Assembly (NCBI GenBank): GCA_963976765.1
Contig: CAXBME010000029.1
Location: forward strand, 1 to 64,000
Source: an uncultured Planctomycetaceae bacterium
GTDB lineage: Bacteria; Planctomycetota; Planctomycetia; Planctomycetales; Planctomycetaceae
Length of the DNA: 64,000 nucleotides
Direction of reading: 5' to 3'
This document shows positions 1-10,001 of the stretch, one piece after another. Position 1 is the stretch's first letter; each line of letters begins with the position of its first letter. The notes below the pieces were generated by a model, which was not told the DNA's origin, searched no databases, and saw nothing but the letters and a program-made list of their open reading frames with translations. The position numbers were made by a program, and so were the translations under genes.

Positions 1-860
1 GAACCCACCCGACTTTCCAAACACCACGTAGCTCTCGCCGGCGCTGCTGTTCCCGCCGGAATCCGCGGAGGATGCGCCGATGATGAGATCGTTGAATCCG
101 TCCCCGTTCACGTCACCCGCGCTCGACACTGAACCACCGGAGTAGTCGCCCCCATCCACGCCATCGAGTCGGAACCCGGTCGTGCCGTCGAGCGTCGCCA
201 GGTTAATCGCTGAGGCGAACCCACCCGACTTTCCAAACACCACGTAGCTCTCGCCGGCTCTGCTGTTCCCGTCGGAATCCGCGAAGGATGCGCCGATGAT
301 GAGATCGTTGAATCCGTCCCCGTTCACGTCACCAGCACTCGATACCGAAATGCCGGAGTAGTCGCTCCCGTCAATGCCATCAAGCCGGAAGCCAGTCGTG
401 CCGTCCAGCATCGCCAGGTTAATCGCCGAGACGAACCCACCCGACTTTCCAAACACCACGTAGCTCTCGCCGGCCCGGCTGTTTCCGTTGGGATCCGCGA
501 AGTATGCACCGATGACGAGGTCGTCGAATCCGTCCCCGTTCAGATCGCCCGCACTCGAAACTGAGTTGCCGGAGAAGTCGCGCTCGTCAATGCCATCAAG
601 CCGGAATCCAGTCGTGCCGTCGAGCGTCGCCAGGTTAATCGCCGAGGCGAACCCACCCGACTTTCCAAACACCACATAGCTCTCGCCTGCGTAACTGCTC
701 CCGCCGGACTCCGCGGAGGATGCGCTGATGATGAGATCATCGAATCCGTCCCCGTTGACGTCACCCGCACTTGACACTGATCTGCCGGAGCGATCGCCCG
801 TGTCGATGCCGTTGAGTTGGAAGCCGTTCAGGCCATTCAGTTGATTCAGCGAAACTGAAT
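1..860. repeat. Near-identical 216-bp tandem repeats (72-aa FG-GAP units) within the CDS
   Basis: GAACCCACCCGACTTTCCAAACACCAC recurs at 1, 217, 433 and 649 (period exactly 216). Confidence 0.9.
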
Positions 861-2970
861 CGACACGGGCAGTGGCGACCTGGTCAGCAATAAACAGAGT
901 TGCCGCCCCCTGTTGGAATGCTCTGAAATTGAGAGTGCTGGCAGTTATGAATCCCGCAAACGCCCAACCCGAGCCGCGATCGACTGTGGTGTTACTGTCG
1001 CCAATAACGACCAGTGTGTTGGACGTGTCACTGAGATTCAGAACTTCCAGCGCCGTCAACGTCAGCGTGCTGTTGCCCAACAGGTTAATCTGCTCAATGC
1101 CAGTCAGTCGGCCCTCGCCAACGGTCAACAGATTCAAATCCAGATTGTTAACATTGAGGGTGTCACCACCGCTGCCGCCGGCAACTTTCTGGAAGTTGAG
1201 GTCAGCGATGTTCAGCACATCGTGGCCTTCACCGCCCAGCAGCACATCGGCTCCGCCGTCTCCGTTGAGCGTGTCGTTACCTTGAGCACCGATCAGAATG
1301 TCGATGGCCCCGGCCCCCTGATCGGCATTCAGTGTATTGGCAGTTCCATCGCCGACTTTTGTCTCGGCGCCCCCCGTAAAGTTTCCACCAAAGAACACGT
1401 AGCTCTCGCCGGCAGCATCATTGGCGCCGTACGCCGCAATGATGAGGTCGTCGAAGCCGTCCCCGTTCACGTCGCCCGCATTCGAAACCGCTCCGCCGGA
1501 ATAGTCGCGCTCGTCGATGCCATCGAGTCGGAATCCTGATTCGGGATCAAGAATCTCGACCGAAACTACGGGGCTGAATCCACTCTCCTTCCCGAACAAC
1601 ACGAAAGTCTGTCCTGCACTGGATTGGCCTGAGGGATCGGCCCCGTATGCCCCGATGACGAGGTCGTCAAATCCGTCGCCGTTTACATCTCCTGCGCCAG
1701 ACACAGAGTTTCCAAGATAGTCGCCCTCAGCAACTCCATCGATCCTGAATCCAGTCGTGCCGGTTAACTCAGCCAGACCAAGACTGGGGGCAAAACCACC
1801 TGACTTACCAAAGACGACGTAGCTCTCGCCGACATTATTGTTTGCCCGTCGCGCTCCAATGATCACATCAGCGAAGCCATCACCGTTCACGTCGCCAGCA
1901 CTCGACACAGAACGACCGGCATTGTCGTATTCATCAATCCCGGAAAGGCGAAAGCCACTGGTACCATTCAATGAACTCAGTTCAACAATAGAACTGAATC
2001 CATTCGGTTTCCCAAACACGATGTAGGTCTCTCCCGCACCGCCGTAAGCCCGGTACGCACCAACGATCACATCGTCGTAGCCATCGCCATTGACATCGCC
2101 GGCATCCGATACGGCTCTCCCGGAGTTATCATCTTCGGCGATTCCCGAAAGGCGGAAGCCATTTGTACCGTCGAGTGAAGACAGCTCGATCACCGACGTA
2201 AAGCCGAATGGCGTTCCGAAAATCACGTAGCTCTCGCCAGCCGAGTCGCGTCCACCAGGATCCGCGCGGTGAGCTCCGATAATCACGTCGTCAAAGCCGT
2301 CTCCGTTCACGTCTCCGGCAGTTGAAATCGAAATCCCGGCTAGATCACCATCATTAATCGCGTTTATTTGAAGGCCGTTCGTCCCATTCAACGAATTCAA
2401 TGCGATCGATGCGTTAAACTGACTTGCACCAAAAACGACAAATGTCTTTCCGGGGTCTGATTCGCTGGCCCCGATCAGTAGGTCGTCGAATCCGTCTCCG
2501 TTGACGTCTCCGGCACTCGACACCGGAAACCCTGAGTAATCGTAGGAGTCAGTGCCATCAAGCCGGAATCCGTTCGTGCCATCCAGTGAACTCAGCGGAA
2601 TCGAGGAGTCAAAACCACCCGACTTCCCGAACACCACGTAGCTCTCGCCCGCATACTCGGTTTCGCCGGCTTTGAATGCCCCGATAATTACGTCGTCAAA
2701 GCCGTCACCGTTTACGTCACCGGCGTTGGATACTGAGACGCCTGAATAGTCATCCGCATCGATTCCAGCGAGTCGAAAACCATCGGTGCCGTCCAATGAC
2801 GCCAGAGCACTAGGATCCGGGACAGTGAGTAGAGTACGTGGCTCCAGACACTCAATGAGCAGAGGGGCTCCGAATCCGCAGTCGCGTCCGCGTTGAGTGG
2901 ATCGCTTTCGCTGTCGACGTCCATGGCGGTTTTTCGAAAATACAGAATCCAGCCAATGATTAAACTTCAT
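1..2970 (-). CDS. Large extracellular LEPR-XLL-leader protein with many FG-GAP (integrin-alpha beta-propeller) repeats and an internal RTX-like Ca-binding segment; 3' end lies outside the window
   Basis: Absent from the ORF track because it has no stop in the window. Manual translation from ATG at 2970 gives MKFNHWLDSVFSKNRHGRRQRKR...IECLEPRTLLT, then repeated SxAGDVNGDGFDDxIIGA...GESYVVFGK units. GNDTLNGDGGADVLLGGEGHD occurs near 1220-1290. The frame is unchanged at 661-780 and at 1-40. Confidence 0.9.
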   Translation of the reverse strand, partial: MKFNHWLDSVFSKNRHGRRQRKRSTQRGRDCGFGAPLLIECLEPRTLLTVPDPSALASLDGTDGFRLAGIDADDYSGVSVSNAGDVNGDGFDDVIIGAFKAGETEYAGESYVVFGKSGGFDSSIPLSSLDGTNGFRLDGTDSYDYSGFPVSSAGDVNGDGFDDLLIGASESDPGKTFVVFGASQFNASIALNSLNGTNGLQINAINDGDLAGISISTAGDVNGDGFDDVIIGAHRADPGGRDSAGESYVIFGTPFGFTSVIELSSLDGTNGFRLSGIAEDDNSGRAVSDAGDVNGDGYDDVIVGAYRAYGGAGETYIVFGKPNGFSSIVELSSLNGTSGFRLSGIDEYDNAGRSVSSAGDVNGDGFADVIIGARRANNNVGESYVVFGKSGGFAPSLGLAELTGTTGFRIDGVAEGDYLGNSVSGAGDVNGDGFDDLVIGAYGADPSGQSSAGQTFVLFGKESGFSPVVSVEILDPESGFRLDGIDERDYSGGAVSNAGDVNGDGFDDLIIAAYGANDAAGESYVFFGGNFTGGAETKVGDGTANTLNADQGAGAIDILIGAQGNDTLNGDGGADVLLGGEGHDVLNIADLNFQKVAGGSGGDTLNVNNLDLNLLTVGEGRLTGIEQINLLGNSTLTLTALEVLNLSDTSNTLVVIGDSNTTVDRGSGWAFAGFITASTLNFRAFQQGAATLFIADQVATARVDSVSLNQLNGLNGFQLNGIDTGDRSGRSVSSAGDVNGDGFDDLIISASSAESGGSSYAGESYVVFGKSGGFASAINLATLDGTTGFRLDGIDERDFSGNSVSSAGDLNGDGFDDLVIGAYFADPNGNSRAGESYVVFGKSGGFVSAINLAMLDGTTGFRLDGIDGSDYSGISVSSAGDVNGDGFNDLIIGASFADSDGNSRAGESYVVFGKSGGFASAINLATLDGTTGFRLDGVDGGDYSGGSVSSAGDVNGDGFNDLIIGASSADSGGNSSAGESYVVFGKSGGF

Positions 2971-3566
2971 AAGAATCCCGCTCAATACACAAACATATAT
3001 AAGATCTTATTTGAGCTCGAATGGACAAGTGCGTTAACAGGCGGTGTATCCGCAAACGAGACCATGAGCCGAAACGGTCTTACTCGGATTCGCCGAGTCC
3101 GGCAATGGACTTACGGTTTCCGGAAGATAAACCTTCCCGGAAAACTTAAGTCGTTTATCAAGAACATGTTACAGTTTTCGGTAGTGTCGACGGCGACTGC
3201 AGAAGAACCGCGATGCAATTGCCCTCTGCCTCCGAGCTCAGAAGCATCTGACCGGTTCAGCAGGGAGTCTCGCTGTTATTTGGTAGTCTGGTGATTGACT
3301 CTGAAGCAGGCCATGACTGGAAGTCACCGGAAGGATTACAGAAAATCCTCTCAGGAGACGGTCGTATCAGCGACCGATTGCGGCATGCCGGTAACGTAAC
3401 AGCAGCGGCCTTAGTAACTCGTTACTTCAACGGGTCGCTGTTCGATACGCCTGGAGACCTGTTCGAATCTGGCTATTCTGTAAGTTTGTGCTTAACGGTG
3501 CTCGGTGCGTGTTGACATCGCTCGGGTATTGCTGGTTGTTAATCGTGCCAGAGAAGGCGTTTGTTT

Positions 3567-4184
3567 GTGAGTAATGATTCGTCGGTAACCCATGTAAGTC
3601 TGCTGGCCAGAATTCGTGATGACGATCGGGACGACAATGCGTGGCGCGAATTTGTCGAACGATATGCCCCCCGAATCTACGACTGGTGTCGTATTCGAAA
3701 TCTTCAGCCCCCGGATGCAGAGGATGTAACGCAGGATGTGCTTGTCCGACTCGCCAGGCACCTGGGCACGTTTGACTACGATCCGACTGCAACATTTCGT
3801 GGATGGCTGCGCCGAGTGGCTGAAAACGCGATCGCCGATTTCTATCGCACTCGGAGGAAAACGCTTACGACTGACCGCAACGGTTCAGATTCGCTTGAAA
3901 GCCTGGAAGCTCAACAGGATTTGCACCAGCGGGTGGACGAGGCTTTCGATCTGGAGCTGCTGGACCTGGCGAAGGCCCGTGTGAAGGCGCGAATCAACAA
4001 GGATCGCTGGCTGGCCTGGGAACTGACGGCCGTCGCGCAGCTTTCCGGTGAAGAGGTGTCCGAGCGACTGCAGATGAAGCTGCCGACCGTTTACTCCAAC
4101 CGGTCCAAAGTCCAGAAGTTGATCAGCGACGAGGTCCAGCTGTTGGACGGTTTGTCACCGACTGATGCGTTGTCACAACCTTAA
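3567..4184 (+). CDS. ECF sigma-70 factor (planctomycete kinase-associated type)
   Basis: T.VSLLARIR...AWREFVERYAPRIY, region-2 DAEDVTQDV, FRGWLRRVAEN, region-4 HTH SGEEVSERLQMKLPTVY. Start is GTG 3567 or TTG 3561. Confidence 0.9.
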   Translation: MSNDSSVTHVSLLARIRDDDRDDNAWREFVERYAPRIYDWCRIRNLQPPDAEDVTQDVLVRLARHLGTFDYDPTATFRGWLRRVAENAIADFYRTRRKTLTTDRNGSDSLESLEAQQDLHQRVDEAFDLELLDLAKARVKARINKDRWLAWELTAVAQLSGEEVSERLQMKLPTVYSNRSKVQKLISDEVQLLDGLSPTDALSQP

Positions 4185-4229
4185 CGACAATCCTCGCCAG
4201 CTTGCGATTTCGTCCTGAGTTGTCAGGCA

Positions 4230-7200
4230 TCAGTCCTTCGAAGTGAATGCTGCTCGCAGCAGCTCCTGAACTCGACTTGTTTCCTGCTTCCAGAGTTGCA
4301 GCTGGTCGGAGTCGCCTCCGAACTCCATGATTCGCAGCGTCGCGTTGAATCGATTATCGCCAGTCTGAGCAGAGTCCTGATCGAGAAGCGTTAGTCCGTC
4401 GGCTGTCGTTGAGAGAAACAGCTTGTGCTGCTGGTTTTCCAACTGACTGAAGTACTCCTGGCCAAGTCTGATCTCGTGGTGTTTCCAGAGTTGCGCAGAA
4501 TCTCTCGTCAGAGCTCGACATTCGATTTTCGTGTTGCCAGTGGCCGTCAGGCATTCCTGTCGGGCCACGTTCCAGATGACATGATTTCCCTCGTAGCGAA
4601 TCAGCATCCACTGTGTATCCTGACTGCTCGGTGTTGGCACGTTGCCGTCAGAGGATCTCGAGTAGGTGACCTGGTCACCTGAAGTTGAAGCTGCCACGAA
4701 ACCTGTGGACTCTCCCATCCGATCGATCCCGCTGATTGTCACTGTCATCGGCAGATCACCCCAGACTGCTGGACCCTTGTGGACAGTGCTCAGGTTCCCT
4801 CCGTAGATCGGCGTTTCTTTGAATCGGTACGACAGGCAGATGTGCCCGGCTTCCTCTCCTACCGGTGCCGTGACGAAATACAGGCGGCGGCCGTCGTGCG
4901 AAAGTTCCGGGCAACGTTCGGCATATTCTCGGTTGACCGCCCAGCCCAGTTCCCGTGGGGCCGACCACGGGTCATTTGTCGTTGCGCGTGTCGACTTCCA
5001 GATCCCTCCACCGCCTGATCCTGCATTGGCTCGCCCCGAGTAGAACATCAAAATGCAACCGTCTGATGAAAGTGTCGGATGCGAATCGTTGGCGTCTACA
5101 TTCAAAACAGCTCCCAGTGACACAGGCTTCTCGAAGGCCGCATTAATCGAAGGTCGCTGGCTTTGCCACAAGTCGTTCCCGCCTTTCCAGCCTTTTCGCC
5201 CCGTATGAAAAATCAATGTCAGACTGTCATCTGACAGCGCCGCGCCGCTGTCCTCGCTGTTGCTGTTGACTTCTGCAAGCTCGACCGGTGAGTTCCACGG
5301 GCTGTCGGTGGAGTTGCGCTTCGTGATCCACAGATCCAGATCTTTGGGAGAATCCGGCTTCGTCGTGGAATAGATCAGCGTGAGACCATCCGCCGAAATT
5401 TCGGGAGATGTCACCGTCGCATCCGGCCGATTGATGGGTTCCAGTCGGGCGGAGTGTTCGATCCAGGCTGACACTTTTGATGCTCGGTCGAACTGTCTCA
5501 GTTCATCCAGACTCTCTGAATTCGACTTGCGTTGAGCAACGATCATCGTGAGTTCGTCGCCCGTAATGCTGACGCTTGTTACGTTTTTCGTGGCAACGGG
5601 TTCAATTTCCCCTCTCGATTTCGGTGTCCAGGTCCAGCCCTGGTTCGTATGCACCTGCAGTGGTGTGGTGGGGGCACTTCGGACGCGACGGGATGTCCAG
5701 ATGTTTTCCCGGTCGAACAGTTTCGACGCCGGCCAGTCTCGCGGGCCAGGAGCGACAAACCAGGCGGTCTGGCCGTCGGCCGACAGGGTCATATTCAAAG
5801 TGTGTTTCCAGTCATCGATCGCTGGTCCAAGGCGAGCAGGCTCAGACCATTCTGTATCCGCGCTCGCTCGGGTGCTCATCCACAAAGAGTGCTGACCACC
5901 GGGTGCAGCAGTTCCGCGACGATTGCTGGAAAAAATGAGTGCTCGCCCATCGAGCGTCATTTTGGGCGATACCTCACTTGCCGAGGAATTCAGTGCGTCC
6001 AGTCGGACAACATTGGCAAAAGGTTCGTCGACAGAATTTCGCGTCGCCTGAAAAATATTGTCATCGCCGGGCGAGTCTGCTCTTACGAAAAGTAACGTGA
6101 GTCCATCCGGCGACAGATCCGGCCAGTTCTCCCTGGCAGCCGTGTTGATTGCGGGACCCAGAGGAACAGGATTCTCGAACGTCGTTGCCCCAGGCGTACG
6201 ACGGCACATGAAGAGATCCCGTTGGTCAGGGGCTTCCTGGCGGCTGCTTGAAAACATCAGCGTGTTCCCATCGAGGCTAAGACATGCTGAACGCTCGGAA
6301 CCTGACGTGTTGATCGCTGGCCCAGCATTGACTGGTTCTGACCATGACTGATCCATTCCCAATCTATCCATGAACCACAAATCAAAACTTCCATGTCCGC
6401 CTTCCCGTTGCGAACTGATGACCAGAAATGTCTGGTCGGCACTGATGGAAAAGGACGAGTCGTAGCTGACGGAATTGAATGGAGCCCCCAGGCATTGCGG
6501 TTGAGTCCACTCCCATTCGTCCGAAGTCAGTACCTCGGTCGGAGACGGACCACTTCCCATCCACTTTGCAATCTGCTCCGGCGAGGAGACCGAAATCTTC
6601 GGCAGTTTCTGAGTGGGCTGATCGACTGGGGCAGCGTTTGAAGGCAATGGGTCTGATGCAGTCGTTTCCGTTGGCAGGTTGTCCTTCGAAATCCGTTCAA
6701 TGCGAACAACCTGCCGGTTACCACGAGTCAGTTCAAACACGTTATTTTTGATGACAAATTGAGCGTTCTGCTCCGTTGCGAAGCGGATTTCGTAGTCACC
6801 GGACCGATACCAGGCCATTCGGGAGTTAGAGCCAACAATGAAGTCATCCACAGTATTGTCGTTCCGTACGATCTCAAGTTTGATGTCTGGATCGTCGGAC
6901 GTGATTTCAATTTCTGCTCCGTCGGTGGATATCCGAATCAGGAACACTCCCAGAAGCAGCATTGCCGTAGCGGCGACAGTCCAAAGCAGCTTCCGGTTGC
7001 GCTTTCGCACGGATGCTGCCAATGGCAATGTTACTGCCGAAGCATTGGGTGAGACTTCCCGCTGTCGATGATGCTCCGCGTGACTGGTCGAGCCGCCGCC
7101 CATCACGTTGGCAGTTTCTTGCAGACGCTCGGGTTCTTGCGGGCGCTCCAGCGAAAGCGGCTCACACTCGGCTGGCAACACACGAGTCGAGAACTCGACG

Positions 7201-8216
7201 AGCGCGGACTCACAACATAACGGTTGCAGTGCTTCAGCCAGTTCCTGCGCAGAACCGAAACGCTCGGCGGGATCCACAGCAAGGCTCCGGCCCAGAACTC
7301 GTTGGACAGACTCTGGCAGCTCACTGGTGTTGACGTCGCCTAACACCGGTGGAGCACCGACAAGCCGAGCCACTCGTTGCATGGATGTGGCCTGTGGAGT
7401 GGTTTCTTCCAACAACGACTGCCCGCGGATCAGCTTGAAAAGGGTCGCTCCCAGGCCGTAAACATCGGTGCGAGCATCGGCGACCTCGGTCCCAGCCGCC
7501 TGTTCGGGAGCCATGAATTCAATGGTTCCCATCACCTGACCGGTCGATGTGATTTCGTCGGCTGGCCGATTCTCATTAACGTCGAATCTTGCCAATCCCA
7601 AATCGAGAATTCTGACCCGACCGTCACAATTCAGCATTAGGTTCGACGGTTTGAGATCACGATGGACCAGCCCGCTGTCGTGAACATGCTGCATTCCGAT
7701 GGCAGCCTGACGGACAATCTCAAGGGCCACCTCAACCGGCAACCGTCCTTCGCGACGGACAAGCTGCGATAATGTCTCTCCTTCAACATATTCCATCAGC
7801 AGGTAATGCACGTCGCCCTGCTGATTGGCGTCAAAGGCGGTTACGACGGATGGATGGTCCAATCGCCCTACGGCTGATATCTCACGTTCAAACCGAGCCA
7901 CCAGGTGTGGCTGCAGAGTCGAATATGACGGCAGAACCTTGATGGCAACCAGGCGTTCCAGCCGCGACTGCCAGCCGAGATACACTGCTCCCATGCCGCC
8001 ACGGCCTAGAAGCCCGCGAATTTCGCAACCCGGAATCTTCGGAACGTTGACGATTCCAAGTGGCTTTTTCTGAAACGGAGTATCCTGTCCCACTGCCTCA
8101 GCTACCCGGCCTGCAATGCGACTGATCGCATTGCGACCGCGTTCGGACTCAAGGTCGAATCGGTTTTTACGTCGACTGTCTGTAAGTCGATCCTGATACC
8201 AGTGAGAATTATGCAT
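4230..8216 (-). CDS. Membrane Ser/Thr protein kinase with extracytoplasmic PD40/TolB-like beta-propeller repeats and a possible C-terminal ricin-B-like domain
   Basis: GRGGMGAVY, VAIK, HRDLKPSN, DLG, GTIEFMAPEQ; TM helix LLWTVAATAMLLLGVFLI; repeated INT..E..PxLSxDGxTLxFxS...DLW units. Confidence 0.9.
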   Translation of the reverse strand: MHNSHWYQDRLTDSRRKNRFDLESERGRNAISRIAGRVAEAVGQDTPFQKKPLGIVNVPKIPGCEIRGLLGRGGMGAVYLGWQSRLERLVAIKVLPSYSTLQPHLVARFEREISAVGRLDHPSVVTAFDANQQGDVHYLLMEYVEGETLSQLVRREGRLPVEVALEIVRQAAIGMQHVHDSGLVHRDLKPSNLMLNCDGRVRILDLGLARFDVNENRPADEITSTGQVMGTIEFMAPEQAAGTEVADARTDVYGLGATLFKLIRGQSLLEETTPQATSMQRVARLVGAPPVLGDVNTSELPESVQRVLGRSLAVDPAERFGSAQELAEALQPLCCESALVEFSTRVLPAECEPLSLERPQEPERLQETANVMGGGSTSHAEHHRQREVSPNASAVTLPLAASVRKRNRKLLWTVAATAMLLLGVFLIRISTDGAEIEITSDDPDIKLEIVRNDNTVDDFIVGSNSRMAWYRSGDYEIRFATEQNAQFVIKNNVFELTRGNRQVVRIERISKDNLPTETTASDPLPSNAAPVDQPTQKLPKISVSSPEQIAKWMGSGPSPTEVLTSDEWEWTQPQCLGAPFNSVSYDSSFSISADQTFLVISSQREGGHGSFDLWFMDRLGMDQSWSEPVNAGPAINTSGSERSACLSLDGNTLMFSSSRQEAPDQRDLFMCRRTPGATTFENPVPLGPAINTAARENWPDLSPDGLTLLFVRADSPGDDNIFQATRNSVDEPFANVVRLDALNSSASEVSPKMTLDGRALIFSSNRRGTAAPGGQHSLWMSTRASADTEWSEPARLGPAIDDWKHTLNMTLSADGQTAWFVAPGPRDWPASKLFDRENIWTSRRVRSAPTTPLQVHTNQGWTWTPKSRGEIEPVATKNVTSVSITGDELTMIVAQRKSNSESLDELRQFDRASKVSAWIEHSARLEPINRPDATVTSPEISADGLTLIYSTTKPDSPKDLDLWITKRNSTDSPWNSPVELAEVNSNSEDSGAALSDDSLTLIFHTGRKGWKGGNDLWQSQRPSINAAFEKPVSLGAVLNVDANDSHPTLSSDGCILMFYSGRANAGSGGGGIWKSTRATTNDPWSAPRELGWAVNREYAERCPELSHDGRRLYFVTAPVGEEAGHICLSYRFKETPIYGGNLSTVHKGPAVWGDLPMTVTISGIDRMGESTGFVAASTSGDQVTYSRSSDGNVPTPSSQDTQWMLIRYEGNHVIWNVARQECLTATGNTKIECRALTRDSAQLWKHHEIRLGQEYFSQLENQQHKLFLSTTADGLTLLDQDSAQTGDNRFNATLRIMEFGGDSDQLQLWKQETSRVQELLRAAFTSKD

Positions 8217-8600
8217 GGGATCTCTTTGACGACGACTATGAACACGTCACCAACGTGCCGAAATAGAACAAACGAGACGCCACATGGAAGAATTCTCTGC
8301 GATGTTCCCATTTTTACCAGTTGTTGACCACTGCACGCCGAGATTTGAATGGTTCTTGCGCGATGGACGAATCCGGAAGAACATCTTTACGTGTCCACTT
8401 CAAACTCAGGCCAGGTTTGACCGGAAATATCCTGGTTCAGCATTCCGAGACAGTAAAACGATCGCATCATGAGATTCGAATGAGGCTGTCGATACCTTTG
8501 CGCTTGTCGCCGTTGGGTGTGCGATTCCAGCACGTTGTGTCGACTTCGCACTCAGCCTCCGAAGGGGACACTGGTAAACGCGTCTTGTTGGCGATACCTG

Positions 8601-8637
8601 GAGTTGCGGTTTCGTCTTCTGCGTGAAACCGCAACTC
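8601..8637. other. Perfect 13-bp inverted repeat (hairpin)
   Basis: GAGTTGCGGTTTC-11 nt-GAAACCGCAACTC; no U-tract on either strand. Confidence 0.5.
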
Positions 8638-8849
8638 GGCAGACGTAGTAAACGAATGCAACGCGCTGCCAGTCATAGTCTCTTACGAAGATTGATTACC
8701 CGACCTTCCGGATTTTCAGAAAAAACGTCGCGAATCGTAGTCAACGCCTACTTGTCGCGAACACCTTTTACGAACCCTGTCCATCGAACGAAATGACCAG
8801 AAGTTACGTCGCACACGATCATGCTGGTATCCTGATACAAACCACTCAG

Positions 8850-9026
8850 GCAGCCGACTTCGTCAGTGTTGAGGAACAGGCAATCCCAAAGATCGTATTC
8901 TTCACCCGCAGTGAGGCCGCCCCGACTAACTATTCGTTCGATCTCGCTCCACGTTATGAATGGCCATTTGGCGTCGCGTTTCGGATACTTCATCCCTTTA
9001 ACTGGACAGGAGGTTGCGAGTCGCAA
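8850..9026 (-). pseudogene. Probable internal fragment of a tyrosine recombinase/integrase
   Basis: CPVKGMKYPKRDAKWPFITWSEIERIVSRGGLTAGEEYDLWDCLFLNTDEV resembles, from recall, the pre-catalytic linker of planctomycete site-specific integrases. No catalytic RHRY region follows. Confidence 0.45.
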
Positions 9027-9071
9027 TACTCAATGCCCTCGTACTCCCCCGCATGACAGCAAAAGTCGAGG

Positions 9072-9887
9072 TTAGTGCTTTGACGTCTGTCGTAACGCAC
9101 AGATCGTCAGGTCATCAGGTTTGGATGGAACGTCGCTGGTTGGGTTCGTCATTCGGTGGCGAGCCTGCTTGACCAGTTGCTCGACTGATTTTGTCAACGA
9201 ACCGCTGCAAATGGTGGAGACGATTTCGTCGACTCTCAGGTTGTCAAACAGTCCGTCGCTTGCAATCAGCACTGTGTCGCGCTGAGCGAGCTTCAGGGGT
9301 GGACCAAGTTCGATTCGCATCTGCTCGTCGCCGACCACGTTGGAAACGATATTTCTCTCGTCGTGGTGCAACGCGTCGTCTTCGCTGAGCATGCCGGACT
9401 CAACGGCAAACCCGACTGGCGAGTGCGACACTGTCTGGTAGTGCATCCGGCTTCGCTGTCCGCAGACGAGGATCATGGAATCGCCTACGTGATATGGGCG
9501 GATTTCTCCCGCGTTGAATTCGATCGCGGCCAGTGTCGTGCAGGCTTTTGAGTTCAGCTTAAGGATTGCCGAATTGGCTCGTTCGATCCCATTCAGAATT
9601 GATATTCGCAGCAGAGCCGGATCCAGGCAGTCGGTGGCGATTGTTTCAGCCAGTCGCTGCAGAGTGAGGTTCGACGCTTCTTCTCCGCCGCTGTAACCAC
9701 CGACACCGTCCGCGACGACCATGACAAACGACTGGTCTCCGACAGGGATAATAGCGGCGGCATCCTCGTTGACCGTTTCCTTAAGCGGGCTGCGTCGAGA
9801 ATAGACGACGACCTCTGCGCCTCCAAGCTGAAGAGTTTCGGGGGCGTCTGAATCGTGTTGCAGGAAGAACCGGGGTAATCGTTGCAT
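9072..9887 (-). CDS. PP2C-family Ser/Thr protein phosphatase
   Basis: NEDA, VVADGVGG, HVGDS, ASDGLFD, DDLT motifs. Confidence 0.93.
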   Translation of the reverse strand: MQRLPRFFLQHDSDAPETLQLGGAEVVVYSRRSPLKETVNEDAAAIIPVGDQSFVMVVADGVGGYSGGEEASNLTLQRLAETIATDCLDPALLRISILNGIERANSAILKLNSKACTTLAAIEFNAGEIRPYHVGDSMILVCGQRSRMHYQTVSHSPVGFAVESGMLSEDDALHHDERNIVSNVVGDEQMRIELGPPLKLAQRDTVLIASDGLFDNLRVDEIVSTICSGSLTKSVEQLVKQARHRMTNPTSDVPSKPDDLTICALRQTSKH

Positions 9888-10001
9888 AACCAGTTATAGC
9901 GGCTGTTCAATATCTACAATACTGAGCAGGTTGGTCCGTTTTCCTCCGGCTCGATCGTTTCGAACACACTGAAGGCGATTGAACCTTCCGGGGCCTTCGC
10001 G

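Noticed and set aside
1..860. Regular repeats as a possible CRISPR array
   Set aside because: The period is 216 bp (72 codons), the whole unit is conserved and coding, and there are no unique spacers or cas genes.
872..1539. Plus-strand ORFs of 137 and 208 aa
   Set aside because: Antisense shadows of the FG-GAP/RTX gene, which has clear motifs on the minus strand.
2712..2924. 70-aa minus ORF suggesting a frameshifted start of the FG-GAP gene
   Set aside because: The real frame begins at ATG 2970 and reads through LEPRTLL into the repeats; no frameshift is needed.
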